From Phyllobates terribilis (taxonomy: Eukaryota): a stretch of DNA of 64,000 nucleotides. Numbering within the stretch: the stretch's first letter is position 1; each line of letters opens with the position of its first letter. Below are positions 63,221 to 64,000 of the stretch, piece by piece. The position numbers were made by a program, and so were the translations under genes. The notes under the pieces were generated by a model. It searched no databases and was not told the DNA's origin. It saw nothing but the letters and a program-made list of their open reading frames with translations. The stretch lies in the NCBI RefSeq assembly GCF_046119375.1, contig NW_027362761.1, forward strand, positions 883,252,001 to 883,316,000, given 5' to 3'.

Positions 63221-64000
63221 ATGAGTGGAAAAAGGCCTGCTGCTGGTGGAAAGGGGAATAGGTGTGTTGGGAAGGGGAAAAAAGGTTGTGTCCGTGGGGT
63301 AGGTGTTAAAGCAACAGTAACATCTGCAGAAGAAAGACCATCTTCCAGCCAAACTAAAATGTCTACTTCTTTTAGCGGACAATGTGATAAGATCCCTTTC
63401 TTACGGCCACGCCAATCGCTACAAATTCCAGATGAGGCACAAAAACAGCAGGTGCTTCAACGGATATCAAGTGATCCTTTAAGTGGGCTCTCCTCCACAT
63501 CAACTTCAACATCACAAATACTCCAGTCCTCAAAGGTGTCACCCCAATCGCACTTGCTTCCTCACAGCTCCCAAATCTCCAGCTGCCCGTCTGAGTATGA
63601 GGTAGAACAGATGGTTGAGTCTGCAGAGCTGTTTACTCATACTATAGCCTGGGAATCAGAGGTCGACTCCAGCGCTTCTGTGAATCCAGACGAGGAAATG
63701 ATCTGCACTGATGCCCAGAATCTTTATGAGTCGGATCCAGGACCAGACGCAGAAGGTTCTGACCATAATGTAGACCCTCATTCCCAAACTGTAACTCCTG
63801 TTGGTGGAGACAATGAGGAAGACGATGATAAGACTCAAATACCTGATTGGAGCGACAACTTTAGTTTTTTGTCAGGGCAGGAACAGGTTGGCTCTGAGGA
63901 CGACGGGTGTGATAACGCACAGGGTGATGATGATGAGGTTGGAGATCCCACTTACTGTCAACCCACAGTCAGCCAAGAGATGAGGTCAGCAGAGGAGGTG
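63221..64000 (+). CDS. hAT transposase of copy B, N-terminal 260 codons, open to the window edge
   Basis: MSGKRPAAGGKGNRCVGKGKKG...; near-identical to the copy C ORF but retains a 21-bp segment deleted in C; no stop within the window. Confidence 0.85.
   Translation, partial: MSGKRPAAGGKGNRCVGKGKKGCVRGVGVKATVTSAEERPSSSQTKMSTSFSGQCDKIPFLRPRQSLQIPDEAQKQQVLQRISSDPLSGLSSTSTSTSQILQSSKVSPQSHLLPHSSQISSCPSEYEVEQMVESAELFTHTIAWESEVDSSASVNPDEEMICTDAQNLYESDPGPDAEGSDHNVDPHSQTVTPVGGDNEEDDDKTQIPDWSDNFSFLSGQEQVGSEDDGCDNAQGDDDEVGDPTYCQPTVSQEMRSAEEV

Larger units (their letters stand above)
48604..64000 (+). mobile_element. hAT family-2 copy B (5' part; extends past the window), interrupted by the LTR element 50564-62657
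   Basis: TAGAGATGAGCG terminus; 48604-49520 is an inverted match to 60800-61508; tandem array continuous across the LTR insertion; transposase start at 63221. Confidence 0.88.

Overview
Eukaryotic (vertebrate, most likely anuran; inferred from the repeat repertoire) intragenic DNA. Two consecutive minus-strand exons of a heparan sulfate N-deacetylase/N-sulfotransferase (NDST3/4 type; 21936-22110 and 4385-4555) are the only host coding sequence found; the rest is transposon-laden intron. The left half holds at least 9 Tc1/mariner-superfamily elements (including a near-intact DD41D 'Visitor' and a near-intact DD34E Tc1), MITEs and a solo LTR. The right half (35.5-64 kb) is a deeply nested cluster resolvable by target-site duplications. 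It contains an 11.5-kb hAT carrying three tandem arrays and a solo LTR, a Helitron helicase remnant, and then three copies of a second hAT family: copy B inside copy A, a young non-autonomous tRNA-Ser-primed LTR element inside B, copy C inside that LTR element, and an L1 RT fragment plus a solo LTR inside C. Most unusual: this hAT family carries a ~270-bp degenerate 18S rRNA fragment near its 3' end (two copies); the LTRs contain a second, LTR-internal tRNA-Ser-complementary motif; and the 11.5-kb hAT has a patchwork insertion inside its left TIR. All coordinates and identities were read by eye.
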